DNA from: Bryobacterales bacterium
GTDB taxonomy: Bacteria > Acidobacteriota > Terriglobia > Bryobacterales > UBA6623
Length of the DNA: 64,000 nucleotides
NCBI GenBank assembly: GCA_965261065.1
Contig: OZ253444.1
Span: forward strand, 3,526,382 to 3,590,381
Direction: 5' to 3'
Shown: piece by piece, positions 22,089-34,655 of the stretch
How the letters are laid out: every line of letters starts with the position of its first letter
How positions within the stretch are numbered: position 1 is the stretch's first letter
Position numbers and translations under genes: made by a program
Notes under the pieces: generated by a model
Seen by the model: only the letters and a program-made list of their open reading frames with translations
Told to the model about the DNA's origin: nothing
Database searches by the model: none

Positions 22089-22856
22089 ATGCCAAAGGGA
22101 CCAAGCTACACCGCCTACGACGACTTCGCCTGGTTCTACGAGCGTTACTGGAGCGAGCCGTTCGCCGCCGACGTGCGGCCTATTCTCCAAGACACGCTGC
22201 TACCACTCGTCCCGCCGGGCGGACACATTCTCGATCTTTGCTGTGGAGTAGGCCACTCGAGCCATTGGCTCACGGCCTGTGGCTTCCGCGTGACGGGACT
22301 GGATGGCTCAAACGAGATGATCCACCTGGCCCGCCGGAACGCTCCTCGGGCTGAGTTCGTCGTTGCCGACGCGCGAGCGTACGCCCAGCCTGACTCCTAC
22401 GCCGCCGCCATCTGTACCTTCGACAGCCTCAACCATCTGCCGACGGAAAGTGACCTTAAACAGGTCCTCCGCAACGTTCAACAGAGTCTTGGGCGCGAGG
22501 GGCTGCTCCTCTTCGATATGAATCTAGAGGCCGGCTTCCTGGCCGCCTCGCCGGACTCCTACTCCATCGTCAAAGACGACCATGTTTGCGTCGCCGAAAG
22601 CCTTTTCGACCCCTCCAGCCGCGTCGCCTGCTCGGATGTGACCATGTTCCGGCGCGAGAACGGACTCTGGCGGCGGCGCGATGTCGAGATCCGCGAGTAC
22701 TGCTTCAGCCAGAAGCAGATCCGAGGCGCGCTGTCCGGCGCCGGATACACTCAGTTCATCGCACTCGACGCATCCCGCGATCTAGGCATGACCAACGGTA
22801 CGGGGCGCATGTTCTATCTTGCCGCGAAGAGCGACCGGCCGCGCCTGCGGGCCTAG
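22089..22856 (+). CDS. Class I SAM-dependent methyltransferase
   Basis: 255 aa with motif I HILDLCCGVGHSS and post-I GLDGSNEMI. Confidence 0.75.
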   Translation: MPKGPSYTAYDDFAWFYERYWSEPFAADVRPILQDTLLPLVPPGGHILDLCCGVGHSSHWLTACGFRVTGLDGSNEMIHLARRNAPRAEFVVADARAYAQPDSYAAAICTFDSLNHLPTESDLKQVLRNVQQSLGREGLLLFDMNLEAGFLAASPDSYSIVKDDHVCVAESLFDPSSRVACSDVTMFRRENGLWRRRDVEIREYCFSQKQIRGALSGAGYTQFIALDASRDLGMTNGTGRMFYLAAKSDRPRLRA

Positions 22857-22890
22857 CGTTGGCCTAGCGTGGGTTGATCGGCCGCCAGCC

Positions 22891-23322
22891 CTAGGGACGG
22901 AAGAACTCGACCGGCGCCAGCCCAATGATCGTCCAACGCTTCTTCAATAGCGCCAGGCGCAAGGAGAGGATCTCCCTTCGGTTCTCGACCTTGCCGAGCC
23001 CATTCCGTGGGCTGACCTGCACCAGCCAGTCTACTTGTAGTACCCGGTTCTCACCCTCCTCGCGGCTCTCGATTACCTGTACCGACGACGCGAGATCGTT
23101 CTGGCTGATCAGGGCCACCACGTAGGTTTCGAGCCGCGCATAGTCTTCCCATGCCCGCCGATCGAAGTAGCTAAGAAAGGCCGCCGGGCTGTCGGCCTGC
23201 AGCGCACGGCTGGCGTCCTTCAAGGTCCGCGCAGCCGAATTCTTTTGCGCGTCCGCCGGGGCTGGCAGTGCCAGCACCAGCAGGCCTAGACACAGGCCCG
23301 CACACCCGATCCTGTAGATCAT
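22891..23322 (-). CDS. Secreted hypothetical protein
   Basis: 143 aa with a signal peptide (MIYRIGCAGLCLGLLVLALPAPADA). No recognisable motif. Confidence 0.5.
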   Translation of the reverse strand: MIYRIGCAGLCLGLLVLALPAPADAQKNSAARTLKDASRALQADSPAAFLSYFDRRAWEDYARLETYVVALISQNDLASSVQVIESREEGENRVLQVDWLVQVSPRNGLGKVENRREILSLRLALLKKRWTIIGLAPVEFFRP

Positions 23323-23394
23323 ATATGAATTGTCGCCGCTGTTTCGAGTCCGGCGGGCAGGCCGGTGGCGTCACAACCTCCTTGCCGCGGCCTG

Positions 23395-24363
23395 CTACCG
23401 ACGTTCAACATTGCGTTCGAGGTACGGCCCGAGACCGGGCAAGTCATAGAACTCGTCCATGAGGAAATATTCCTCGCCGAGGGGCACACCGGCGTGGGAC
23501 CCGTGGAGCCGTGACATGTACTCCATGTACCAATCCGAGATCAGGACGGCGATGGCCTGGTCATCGAGGCTGTCGAACTCCGGCACGTAGAGATTGCGCT
23601 TAGCCAGCGCCGCCCGGGTTGACGGTGCTTGCCCCGGACTGGCGCGTACGTTGCGGTGGAGTTGGAAGCCGCGCTCCTTGCGCTTCTGCTGTTCGGCGTT
23701 AAACTCCATGACGATGTTGGGGCGGTGGCCGAGCCCCCAGGTCAATCGGGCCTTGCCGTAGTGATACGAGGCCTCGTGTGGCTCCAGCCCCAGCTCGAAA
23801 TGCTCCGGGTGGACGTTGCGATAGCCCGCCAACCAATAGGCCTCCGCCAACATCCAACCGACGTTTCGATGCCCGGGGTTCTTCTGATAGTGCTCCCAAG
23901 CGTTGTGTCCGAGCACGACGTCGGGCTTGTACTTGCGAATCAACAGAATCAACTGCTCGCGCATCTCGTTGAGCGGGTAGGGGTTCTCGAAGTTGTTGCG
24001 CCAGTTGAGGCTGATCACCTTCTCCATGCCGAGGGCGGCGATGGCCTCTTTGGTTTCGTGCAAGTTGATGATGTCGTTGCGCGGGTAGCCGTGCCGACCG
24101 TCCTTCTCATCGTTCGACGCTCGGATGTAGATGGCGCGATAGCCGTCGTCGACAAGACGGGCGATCAATCCAGCCATACCGTAGTCGGTCGAGTGGTCGT
24201 CGTGGTGCGGTTGGGGGACGAGGACGACCTTGCCGGGCGGGGTTTCGCCGGTGGGAAGGAGGTCTGTGGATTGCGCGCCCAGCGACGCCAGGCTAATGCC
24301 CGCTGCCAGCAGCACCCGCTGAATAGAGATCAACACCCTCCGCCGCTCCGACCGGACGACCAT
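23395..24363 (-). CDS. PIG-L/LmbE-family deacetylase, secreted
   Basis: The likely start is ATG 24363 (MVVRSERRRVLISIQRVLLAAGISLASLGA). It carries the PHHDDHS motif of the LmbE family. Confidence 0.65.
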   Translation of the reverse strand: MVVRSERRRVLISIQRVLLAAGISLASLGAQSTDLLPTGETPPGKVVLVPQPHHDDHSTDYGMAGLIARLVDDGYRAIYIRASNDEKDGRHGYPRNDIINLHETKEAIAALGMEKVISLNWRNNFENPYPLNEMREQLILLIRKYKPDVVLGHNAWEHYQKNPGHRNVGWMLAEAYWLAGYRNVHPEHFELGLEPHEASYHYGKARLTWGLGHRPNIVMEFNAEQQKRKERGFQLHRNVRASPGQAPSTRAALAKRNLYVPEFDSLDDQAIAVLISDWYMEYMSRLHGSHAGVPLGEEYFLMDEFYDLPGLGPYLERNVERR

Positions 24364-24518
24364 TCTATCACCCGTGTCGCCGGGATTCCTTAAGAGATTG
24401 TAGGGGCGGGCCCTCGTGCCCGCCCGCACACTTCTTGCAGTTACGTCCTCTTTCCCACAGTCCAGTAGTGATAGGTGCGCGGCGCGTGGCCCCGCCGGGA
24501 ATGGCGTTCCGCGTCAGC

Positions 24519-24941
24519 TCAGCGGAGGCGGTCGAGTTGGGGGAAGAAGAACGCTAACTCCGCCGCGGCGGTCTCGGGCGCGTCGGAGCCGTGGAGGGCG
24601 TTGCGTTCGATGTCGGTCCCGACCTTGCCGCGAATGGTTCCCTCGGGAGCCTTGGTGGAGTCGGTCGGCCCCATCAAGTCTCGCAACGCCGCGATACCGT
24701 TCTCGCGCTCGAGCGCCATTGGGACGACATCGCCTTCCGTCATGAACGTTACGAGCGAATCAAAGAACGGCCGCTCTCGATGGACCTCGTAAAACGCTTC
24801 TGCCTGCGGGCGGGTCAGGTGCAGCTTCCTCATGGCGAGAATGCGGAAGCCGGCCTTTTCGATCTCGCTGACAATCTCGCCGATGTGCCCGGCCGCCGTG
24901 GCGTCGGGCTTGATGATGGTAAGTGTCTGTTCAACAGCCAT
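24519..24941 (-). CDS. ndk: Nucleoside diphosphate kinase
   Basis: 140 aa with TLTIIKPDA and the active-site context NALHGSD. Confidence 0.95.
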   Translation of the reverse strand: MAVEQTLTIIKPDATAAGHIGEIVSEIEKAGFRILAMRKLHLTRPQAEAFYEVHRERPFFDSLVTFMTEGDVVPMALERENGIAALRDLMGPTDSTKAPEGTIRGKVGTDIERNALHGSDAPETAAAELAFFFPQLDRLR

Positions 24942-24987
24942 AAGTCTGTTTCCGTGGCACGCTCGCCCGGATGAGCAAGGCGCGCGT

Positions 24988-25851
24988 CTACAAGATTTTC
25001 GCTAGGGTTGAGCCCATCTCCGCGGGAGACGGAGCAACGGCGATGCCCGCAGCCTCGAGCGCTGCTACCTTTTCGGCTGCGGTGCCTTTGCCGCCGGAGA
25101 TGATCGCGCCGGCGTGCCCCATGCGGCGTCCCGGCGGGGCTGTGCGGCCCGCGATGAAGGAGACAACGGGTTTCTTCACGTTGTCTTTGATAAACGCGGC
25201 GGCTTCTTCCTCGGCCGTCCCGCCGATCTCACCGATCATGATCACCGCGTGGGTGTCGGGGTCGTCGTTGAACAGGCCCAGGGTGTCAACAAAGCTCGTC
25301 CCTATGATGGGGTCTCCGCCGATGCCGATGCAGGTGGATTGCCCGATGCCGAGCGTGCTGAGCTGTCCGACCGCTTCGTAGGTCAGCGTTCCGGAACGCG
25401 ACACCACGCCGACGTTCCCTTGCTTGTGGATGTAGCCGGGCATGATGCCAAGCTTCGACTTGCCGGGGGAAATGATCCCCGGGCAGTTCGGCCCGATCAG
25501 CCTCGTCCGGCTGCCTCGAAGCCCATAGCTCACCTTGACGAGGCCCTGCGCCGGGATGCCTTCGGTGATACAGACGACGATCTCGATCCCGGCGTCCGCG
25601 GCTTCCAAGATGGCGTCCGCCGCGCCCGCCGCCGGCACGAAAACGATCGAGGCGTTGGGCTGGACGGCGTCCACCGCCTCGCTGACGGTGTTGAACACCG
25701 GCAAGCCAAGTTGCTCGGTCCCGCCTTTGCCCGGCCGCACCCCTCCGACCACTTTGGCTCCGTAGTCCATGCACTGCTGGGCGTGGAACGAGCCCGCCTT
25801 GCCGAAGCCCTGCACTAGGATGCGTGTATTCTCGTCGAGAAGAATGCTCAT
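24988..25851 (-). CDS. sucD: Succinyl-CoA synthetase alpha subunit
   Basis: 287 aa with GFGKAGSFH and the phosphohistidine loop [17 protein letters not shown]. Confidence 0.95.
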   Translation of the reverse strand: MSILLDENTRILVQGFGKAGSFHAQQCMDYGAKVVGGVRPGKGGTEQLGLPVFNTVSEAVDAVQPNASIVFVPAAGAADAILEAADAGIEIVVCITEGIPAQGLVKVSYGLRGSRTRLIGPNCPGIISPGKSKLGIMPGYIHKQGNVGVVSRSGTLTYEAVGQLSTLGIGQSTCIGIGGDPIIGTSFVDTLGLFNDDPDTHAVIMIGEIGGTAEEEAAAFIKDNVKKPVVSFIAGRTAPPGRRMGHAGAIISGGKGTAAEKVAALEAAGIAVAPSPAEMGSTLAKIL

Positions 25852-25866
25852 GACTCGCTGTGTCGA

Positions 25867-27027
<1,161 letters not shown>

Positions 27028-27112
27028 GAAGCGGAGAAGCGCGTGCTACGATCTGGGGACTCTTGAAGATGAAAGCTCATCATAGGGGATCTCCCGAGGG
27101 GAGCGCAAACCC

Positions 27113-28147
27113 ATGAGCGCCGTTAGGGAAGCGCTGCATAAGGCCGCGCGCCGCGCCGATTTAAGCGAGCCGGAAGCGCTCGCGGTGATGAACGAAATCC
27201 TCTCCGGCGAGTCCACCCCGACACTGATCGGCGCGCTACTGGTCGCGCTCAGCATGAAGGGCGAGACGGTTGACGAGGTCGTCGGTTTTGCCCGCGCCAT
27301 GCGCTCGCAGGCGGCGAAAATCCCTTGCAAGACGGCGGCTTCCGAGCTGGTCGATACCTGTGGTACCGGCGGCGATGGCTCGCAATCATTCAATATCTCG
27401 ACCGTCAGCGCCTTCGTCGTCGCCGGGGCGGGGGCGCATGTCGCCAAGCACGGCAACCGCTCGATCTCGAGCCGCTGCGGCAGCGCGGATGTCTTGGAAG
27501 CGACGGGGGTGAACGTCGGTCTGACGCCTGAGCAGATGGCCCGCTCGATTGACGAGGTCGGCATCGGGTTCCTTTTCGCTCCGGCGATTCACACCGCCAT
27601 GAAGCATGCCGGGCCGGTGAGGGCGGAGTTGAAGATGCGGACCGTCTTCAACGTGCTTGGGCCGCTGACGAATCCGACCGGGGCTTCGGCCCAGGTGTTG
27701 GGCGTGTTTGAAGATCGTTTGACGCCGATGCTTGCGGAAGCGCTGGCTCACCTGGGCACGGCGCGCGCGTTTGTGGTCCACGGCAGCGACGGGTTGGACG
27801 AGATCACTACGACCGGGGCCACCCGAGTGGCGGAGGTCTCAGGCGGAGCGGTTAGCGAGAGAACGTTGACACCCAATGACTTCGGTCTGCCTCGCGCCGC
27901 GCCGCACGACTTAGCCGGGGGTGGCCGCGAGGAGAACGCCGCGATCCTGCGCGCGATTCTTGACGGGACGAGAGGGCCCAAACGCGACATCGTGCTGGCC
28001 AACGCATCCGCCGCGCTGGTTGCGGCGGGCCGGGCGGGCGACTTTCGCGAAGGTGTTGGGCTGGCCGGGGCGTCCATCGACGGAGGCAAGGCGGCGGAGA
28101 AGCTCGACGAGTTGGCGCGCTTCACGCAGCAGTTCTCGTCGGACTAA
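27113..28147 (+). CDS. trpD: Anthranilate phosphoribosyltransferase
   Basis: 344 aa with DTCGTGGDGSQSFNIST and KHGNRSISS. Confidence 0.9.
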   Translation: MSAVREALHKAARRADLSEPEALAVMNEILSGESTPTLIGALLVALSMKGETVDEVVGFARAMRSQAAKIPCKTAASELVDTCGTGGDGSQSFNISTVSAFVVAGAGAHVAKHGNRSISSRCGSADVLEATGVNVGLTPEQMARSIDEVGIGFLFAPAIHTAMKHAGPVRAELKMRTVFNVLGPLTNPTGASAQVLGVFEDRLTPMLAEALAHLGTARAFVVHGSDGLDEITTTGATRVAEVSGGAVSERTLTPNDFGLPRAAPHDLAGGGREENAAILRAILDGTRGPKRDIVLANASAALVAAGRAGDFREGVGLAGASIDGGKAAEKLDELARFTQQFSSD

Positions 28148-28148
28148 C

Positions 28149-29378
28149 TAGTATATAGTTTCACTAAAACATACCCACTCTAGGTGACCTCAAGCGACTC
28201 GAACTTCCTCCAGCGGTGAACGACTGGAGCGGCGTTGATCTCCGCGATTCCTTTCAGGATTCGTTCCCGAAGCTCCGCCCAGGACTCGACTCGTATTCGC
28301 TTTAAGAATGTGCGCGCCATCTTGCCAAACAGCGTCTCGACTATGTTGAGCCAGGACCAGTGGGTGGGCGTATGCACATATTTGAAGCGGTTCGGACGCG
28401 TCGCCAAGTAGGCTTTCGTCTCCTTCGATATGTGCGAGGAATGATTGTCCAAGATCAATCGGATCGTGCACTCGTCCGGGTAAAATTGGTCCAGATCCTG
28501 GAGCAGCAAGATGAATTCCCGACTGCGGTGACGCCGCTCCACCCGCGCCGTCACCCGACCGCTATGCAAGTCCAGCGCCGCCAGAATCGAGCAAGTTCCT
28601 AGACGTTTGTACTCGTAATCGCGAGCCACGCTGGGATGCCGCCCAGGCTTCGGCGGCAGGTCCGGCGCGACGTTGGCGATCGCTTGCACGCCGGGCTTCT
28701 CGTCTACCGAAACCGTGATCACCTCCGGCGAGAGGCCGTCGCGAGGGCTTTCATTCTGCCAAGCCACTTCGCGGTAGACCAGCAACACCTGCCGCATCTT
28801 GGACTCAAAATCGGGATCGCGACGCTCCAGGTAGTACTTCACCTTCTCTGGATGCAGAGGTTGCTCGGCCAGGATCCGGTGGACGGTCGCCTTAGCCGCT
28901 TGGTCCAACGCCGGATAGCCTGCTTCCACGGCATGCCGGCGCACGTGTAGAGCCAGCGCACTGCGGGTCCAGAGTTCGGCGGCGTAACCGAGTTGCTTGG
29001 GTTTGCTACAGGCCAAATGCACCACCCAGGCCTTGGCATCGGCGGTGATGAGGGGCTGCTGGGGACGATGATAGGCATCCTTGAGCGCTGCTTCCACGCC
29101 CATGGCGAGGGCTCGATCGATCCATTTGCCGACGCTTTTGCGGGTCATCTTCACGGTTCGCATAATCTCGGCAATGGTCTCGCCGGAATGATAACGCCAC
29201 AGAATCTCAGCCCTCTGCACCTCCCGAACCGGAGCCGTCCGCGAACCACGCAGCCGCTCCAGATGCTGCACCTCTGCGGGGCTGAGTTGCAGCTTGAGAC
29301 GCTTCTACTTTCCTGCCATGCCTTCAGTCTAGCAGGAACCGTTGCTGTATGAGTATGTTTTATTGAAACGCTATACTA
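28149..29378 (-). mobile_element. IS630-family element, type A, copy 2 (inverted relative to copy 1)
   Basis: The 1226-bp body (28151-29376) is flanked by TA and differs from copy 1 by a few substitutions. Its left TA lies 2 nt after the trpD stop. Confidence 0.9.
28180..29271 (-). CDS. IS630-family DDE transposase (copy 2)
   Basis: 363 aa, identical to the copy 1 protein except Thr/Ala in RSAL[T/A]LHV. The same upstream ATG (29319) and in-frame TAG (29305-29307) are present. Confidence 0.9.
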   Translation of the reverse strand: MQHLERLRGSRTAPVREVQRAEILWRYHSGETIAEIMRTVKMTRKSVGKWIDRALAMGVEAALKDAYHRPQQPLITADAKAWVVHLACSKPKQLGYAAELWTRSALALHVRRHAVEAGYPALDQAAKATVHRILAEQPLHPEKVKYYLERRDPDFESKMRQVLLVYREVAWQNESPRDGLSPEVITVSVDEKPGVQAIANVAPDLPPKPGRHPSVARDYEYKRLGTCSILAALDLHSGRVTARVERRHRSREFILLLQDLDQFYPDECTIRLILDNHSSHISKETKAYLATRPNRFKYVHTPTHWSWLNIVETLFGKMARTFLKRIRVESWAELRERILKGIAEINAAPVVHRWRKFESLEVT

Positions 29379-31340
29379 GGCCGCGCCGCGACGCTGATCT
29401 GCGCGCTAGAACTCGAACGCCAGCAAGATGTGACGAAGCTGGGCGAGTGGCCGTTCGAAATCGGACTGTGGGTCGGCAGAGCGGCGACGCCGAACCGCAT
29501 GGGCTCGAAAGATGACAACTACCCGGACACCGCCAGGCGTAAGACGATTTCCTTTTGGAACGACAGCAGCAAGCCGGCACCGATCCCGTTGGAGGAGTGC
29601 CCGTGGTGCGGCACCAAATTCCAGCGTGAGTCGTTCCGATTGTCTGCCAATGGCAAGGCGAATCGCGACAACCCAACGGACCTGACCGTCGCCTGCCTGA
29701 ACAGGAAATGCGACTTCACGCGGGACCGCCCGCTGCCGATTCTGGCTGTGGATGAACCGATCTATCGGCGACTGCCTTGCTTCCTGATCGCGACAGTAGA
29801 CAAGTTCGCTGCCCTCCCCTGGAAGGGAGAAACCGGCAAGTTCTTCGGACGCGCGGATCGCTACGACCGGCAAGGGTTCTACGGTCCGTGCGAGCCCGGC
29901 AGAGGAACGTTGCTACCTGAGGGCAGGCTGGCGCCTCCGGAACTCATCATTCAAGACGAGTTGCACTTGATTTCGGGTCCGCTCGGAACGATGGCCGGAT
30001 TGTATGAAACCGCGCTGGACGCGCTCTCGGTCATCGAGAAGGATGGTCACAAGATACGGCCGAAGATTGTGGCTTCGACGGCGACGGTCCGGCGCGCCGA
30101 GACACAGATTCGGGCTCTGTTCGATCGACGCACAGTGGATATCTTTCCGCCGCCCGGTCCCGATAGATGCGACTCGTTCTTTGCGGAGACCCTTTCACCG
30201 GAGCAGAGCAACGCCCGGCTGTATCTGGGCGTCGCGGCGCAAGGACGCAGCCCGAAGGTTGTAATGTTGCGTGTGTATCTGGCGCTGCTCGGCGCCGGAG
30301 AAAGATGGTACACGGCCCCGAAAAAGAAGGCCGACCCGGAAAATCCCGCCGACCCGTATATGACGCTCGTCGGCTATTTCAACGCTTTGCGTGAGTTGGG
30401 CGGAGCCAGAAGACTCATCGAGGACGAGATCCGGAACCGTCTCGCGGGTTATGCGTCCCGCCGACGCGCCGGTGAAGAAGAGGGATTGTTCGTTAATCGC
30501 AAGATCGAGTATGAACCCGTCGAGCTGACCAGTCGAATCGATACCGGGCGGGTGGCCGAGGCGAAGCAGCGACTGGCGCTCGCTTTCTCCGAAGACAAGA
30601 AGGTGGATGTCGCCATCGCAACGAACATGATCTCGGTCGGTCTCGACATTGTACGGCTGGGCCTGATGGTGGTCTTTGGTCAGCCGAAGACCAGCTCGGA
30701 ATACATCCAGGCTACGAGCCGCGTTGGCCGCGATCCCGAGCGGCCCGGTCTCGTCGTGACAATCCTGAACGTCCACAAGCCGCGTGACCGTTCGCACTAC
30801 GAGCGCTTCGCGGCCTATCACGAGACGTTCTACCGGAGCGTTGAGGCGACCAGCGTCACGCCGTTTTCGCCCCGTGCGCTCGACAAGGGTTTGGCGGCGA
30901 CGCTGGTTGCGATGGCGCGGCACGGGTTCGACGTTTTGACGCCGCCGCGCGGTGCGGCCGAGATTCTGAAGCACAGGACCGAACTGGACTCGGTGGTCGA
31001 TTCCTTGAGTCAACGTGCGTACGGTCACAGCCTTGGCTCCGACGCGGAGAGAGATCGCCTGAAGCAGAGGGTGCGGCAACGAGCGTTGGATCTGCTGGAT
31101 GACTGGTCGAAGGTAGCTCAGGAGCAGCAAAATGTCGGCGCGGGCTTGCAGTACAACGCCGCCGAGGTTGGAGCAGCGGCCCCATTGCTTTACGACTATC
31201 TGAGTCCAGACGTTAAGAACCTGCCACCTACCCATTGGAAGATGAAGTTTCGCGCGAATCGCTCCCTTCGAGACGTCGAAGCGGCGGTGAACCTCTGGGT
31301 GAGGACGATGGACAACGTGGATCTCGAGGAGGACCAGTAG
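29379..31340 (+). pseudogene. drmA: DISARM DrmA-like SF2 helicase, 5'-truncated at the IS630 boundary
   Basis: The frame is open from the IS junction (LGRAATLICALELERQQDVTKLGEW...). Motif II is IIQDELHLISGP, helicase-C motifs are IATNMISVGLDI and QATSRVGRD, and there is a Cys4 ribbon (CPWCG...CLNRKC). Motif I and an RBS-linked start are missing. Confidence 0.7.
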
Positions 31341-32325
31341 GATGCCCCGGAAGAAAGAGAAGCGTCCTCACGGTGAGATCCGCCAGAGTCAGATACTTAC
31401 GACGTTTGGTCCGGGTTCGATGACGGATCTGCCCAAGCACTCGGTGTTGATTGGCGGACTCGACTACTGGCTTGGAAGCCGGGATGCGATCAGCGAACCA
31501 CGGTTGGCCCGGAAGCTGGCAAAAATTCTTGAAGTGCCGACTTTGCGTCTTGAGACGCCGCCCCCCGCTGATGATGATCCGACAGCCCCGCCGAGTGGGG
31601 TTCGGGTTTTTCAGTTCCCGGAATGGTTTGTTACCCAGGATGTGGAGAGCAAGCAGGCGGACTCGGCTACGCGATCTCGCCTTCTCGTGCACCGCCGGGC
31701 GCTGACTCGCGGAAAGTATCGTGATCGCGATAAGAAAGCACGTCCGGTTGTGCCAGTTCGCTTCGTGAGAGCGTGTCATGGGGGCCACATCGGCGACATC
31801 GACTGGTATGTATTCGTGCATGAAGGCCAGTCAGAGTGCAAGTCCCTGCGCCGACAACTCTACCTCGATGAGCGAGGCACCAGCGGCGATCTTGCGGAGG
31901 TCTTCATCCGATGCGAATGCGGCAAGGCGGATAGGAGCATCGCCCAGGCAGCAAAGTTGGGGGATCGGCCGTTAGGATTATGCGACGGCGCGAGGCCCTG
32001 GCTTGGCCCTGCGATGAAGGAGAAATGCAACGATCAGAACCGATTGCTCGTCCGGACGGCCTCGAACGCCTATTTCCCCCAAACGTTGAGCGTGATCTCG
32101 CTGCCGGACCGGAACGAAGCCGTTCAGCAAGCTGTGAGCGCGGTTTGGGACTTCTTAGAGGCAGCCGAGAGTCTCGAAAACGTTCAGAGAGAACGCAAGA
32201 AAGCCAAGGTTCAGCAGGGCCTGGATGGTATTACCGACGAGGAAGCATGGTCGGAGATTGAAGCGCGGCGTGGCGTATCTGACGGCGAAGAGAAGTCGGT
32301 GAAGGCAGCCGAACTGGAAACCCTA

Positions 32326-33489
32326 GTGTAGTGCGTCAAGCAGATTGCACCTTATGCAGGGCGGCACGTCCTCGCTTGACTTTCTCGAGGATGTCGGAGG
32401 CGGTCGCTGTCCAGATGAAGGGCGTGGGATGCTCGTTGTGCTGGGCGATGTAGTCGTCAATGGCGGCGACGAGCTCGTCCACGCTGCGAAACACGCCGCG
32501 GCGCAGGCGCTTGACGGTGAGATCGCGAAAGAATCGCTCGACCATGTTCAGCCACGACGCCGAGGTCGGGGTGAAATGAATGTGGAAGCGCGGGTGACGA
32601 TCGAGCCAACGCTTCACAGCGGCATGCTTGTGGGTGGCATAGTTGTCCACGATGAGATGAAGCTGTTTGTCCTTGGGAGTGCGGCGGTCAATTAAGCGCA
32701 GGAAGCGCAACCATTCCTGGTGGCTGTGTCGGGGCATGCACTCGGCGATCACGCTGCCGTCAAGAGTGTTGAGCGCCGCAAACAGGGTGGTCGTGCCGTT
32801 GCGCTTGTAATCGTGGGTCATCGTTTGGCCGCGTCCCTTTTTGAGCGGCAGGCCGGGTTGGGTGCGATCGAGGGCTTGGATTTGGGACTTCTCATCGAGC
32901 GAGAGAACCAGAGCATGCTCAGGCGGATTGAGATAGAGTCCGACGATGTCGTCGAGTTTCTCGGCGAAACGCGGGTCATTGCTGAGCTTGAAGGTCTTGA
33001 CGCGGTGGGGCTTGAGGCCATGGGCGCGCCAAATCCGTCCCACGGTGGAAGCGCTGACGCCGGCCGCGGCGGCCATGGTGCGGCGGCTCCAGTGTGTGGC
33101 GTTGGACGGTTTCTCGCGGGTGGTCTTGTGGATGATCTGCTGTACTTTCTGCTTCGAGACGGCAGGTGTACGACCGGGCCGTGGGGCGTCTTTTGCAATG
33201 CCGGCGATGCCGCTTTCGAGAAAGCGCGTGCGCCAGCGGGCCACCAACTGCCGCGAGACACCGAGCTGTGCGGCGATCTGCTTATTCTCGAGACCGTGGG
33301 CGGCCAGCAGGACAATCCTGGCTCGCAGGGCGAGACGAACGGCGACTTGGCGGCCGCGCGCGTAGCGGTCCAACTGCTTGCATTGCGCTGTGTTCAAAGT
33401 TACTGGTTGTGCTCTTCGCATCCCATGCCTCCTGTTAATAGAGACGATGGGAAGCCAATGTAAGTTACAGTATTTATGGTGCACTACAC
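32326..33489 (-). mobile_element. IS630-family element, type B (my label), tandem copy 1
   Basis: 1164 bp with terminal GTGTAGTGC inverted repeats, flanked by TA (32324-25 and 33490-91). Confidence 0.85.
32336..33421 (-). CDS. IS630-family DDE transposase (type B)
   Basis: 361 aa from ATG 33421 ([17 protein letters not shown]...), with AGGAGG upstream. DDE contexts are [17 protein letters not shown] and [10 protein letters not shown]. The longer listed ORF reads through into the neighbouring copy. Confidence 0.9.
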   Translation of the reverse strand: MRRAQPVTLNTAQCKQLDRYARGRQVAVRLALRARIVLLAAHGLENKQIAAQLGVSRQLVARWRTRFLESGIAGIAKDAPRPGRTPAVSKQKVQQIIHKTTREKPSNATHWSRRTMAAAAGVSASTVGRIWRAHGLKPHRVKTFKLSNDPRFAEKLDDIVGLYLNPPEHALVLSLDEKSQIQALDRTQPGLPLKKGRGQTMTHDYKRNGTTTLFAALNTLDGSVIAECMPRHSHQEWLRFLRLIDRRTPKDKQLHLIVDNYATHKHAAVKRWLDRHPRFHIHFTPTSASWLNMVERFFRDLTVKRLRRGVFRSVDELVAAIDDYIAQHNEHPTPFIWTATASDILEKVKRGRAALHKVQSA

Positions 33490-33491
33490 TA

Positions 33492-34655
33492 GTGTAGTGC
33501 GTCAAGCAGATTGCACCTTATGCAGGGCGGCACGTCCGCGCTTGACTTTCTCGAGGATGTCGGAGGCGGTCGCTGTCCAGATGAAGGGCGTGGGATGCTC
33601 GTTGTGCTGGGCGATGTAGTCGTCAATGGCGGCGACGAGCTCGTCCACGCTGCGAAACACGCCGCGGCGCAGGCGCTTGACGGTGAGATCGCGAAAGAAT
33701 CGCTCGACCATGTTCAGCCACGACGCCGAGGTCGGGGTGAAATGAATGTGGAAGCGCGGGTGACGATCGAGCCAACGCTTCACAGCGGCATGCTTGTGGG
33801 TGGCATAGTTGTCCACGATGAGATGAAGCTGTTTGTCCTTGGGAGTGCGGCGGTCAATTAAGCGCAGGAAGCGCAACCATTCCTGGTGGCTGTGTCGGGG
33901 CATGCACTCGGCGATCACGCTGCCGTCAAGAGTGTTGAGCGCCGCAAACAGGGTGGTCGTGCCGTTGCGCTTGTAATCGTGGGTCATCGTTTGGCCGCGT
34001 CCCTTTTTGAGCGGCAGGCCGGGTTGGGTGCGATCGAGGGCTTGGATTTGGGACTTCTCATCGAGCGAGAGAACCAGAGCATGCTCAGGCGGATTGAGAT
34101 AGAGTCCGACGATGTCGTCGAGTTTCTCGGCGAAACGCGGGTCATTGCTGAGCTTGAAGGTCTTGACGCGGTGGGGCTTGAGGCCATGGGCGCGCCAAAT
34201 CCGTCCCACGGTGGAAGCGCTGACGCCGGCCGCGGCGGCCATGGTGCGGCGGCTCCAGTGGGTGGCGTTGGACGGTTTCTCGCGGGTGGTCTTGTGGATG
34301 ATCTGCTGTACGTTCTGCTTCGAGACGGCAGGTGTACGACCGGGCCGTGGGGCGTCTTTTGCAATGCCGGCGATGCCGCTTTCGAGAAAGCGCGTGCGCC
34401 AGCGGGCCACCAACTGCCGCGAGACACCGAGCTGTGCGGCGATCTGCTTATTATCGAGACCGTGGGCGGCCAGCAGGACAATCCTGGCTCGCAGGGCGAG
34501 ACGAACGGCGACTTGGCGGCCGCGCGCGTAGCGGTCCAACTGCTTGCATTGCGCTGTGTTCAAAGTTACTGGTTGTGCTCTTCGCATCCCATGCCTCCTG
34601 TTAATAGAGACGATGGGAAGCCAATATAAGTTACAGTATTTATGGTGCCCTACAC
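33492..34655 (-). mobile_element. IS630-family element, type B, tandem copy 2
   Basis: 1164 bp, head-to-tail with copy 1 and sharing the TA at 33490-91; the outer TA is at 34656-57. One inverted-repeat mismatch (GTGTAGGGC). Confidence 0.85.
33502..34587 (-). CDS. IS630-family DDE transposase (type B)
   Basis: 361 aa. It differs from the other copy at E/D (HGL[E/D]NKQ) and K/N (SKQ[K/N]VQQ). Confidence 0.9.
   Translation of the reverse strand: MRRAQPVTLNTAQCKQLDRYARGRQVAVRLALRARIVLLAAHGLDNKQIAAQLGVSRQLVARWRTRFLESGIAGIAKDAPRPGRTPAVSKQNVQQIIHKTTREKPSNATHWSRRTMAAAAGVSASTVGRIWRAHGLKPHRVKTFKLSNDPRFAEKLDDIVGLYLNPPEHALVLSLDEKSQIQALDRTQPGLPLKKGRGQTMTHDYKRNGTTTLFAALNTLDGSVIAECMPRHSHQEWLRFLRLIDRRTPKDKQLHLIVDNYATHKHAAVKRWLDRHPRFHIHFTPTSASWLNMVERFFRDLTVKRLRRGVFRSVDELVAAIDDYIAQHNEHPTPFIWTATASDILEKVKRGRAALHKVQSA

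Noticed and set aside
22089-22856. The class I SAM methyltransferase as the missing DISARM methylase
   Set aside because: It lies 6.5 kb away, beyond ndk-sucDC-trpD. It is small and of the generic small-molecule type (motif I only), with no DNA-methylase target-recognition or DPPY/PCQ-type motifs.
32336-33505. The 389-aa version of the IS630-B transposase ORF
   Set aside because: The extra 28 N-terminal codons come from reading through the IS end into the adjacent tandem copy. The sister copy and the AGGAGG-ATG at 33421 show that the 361-aa form is the real one.
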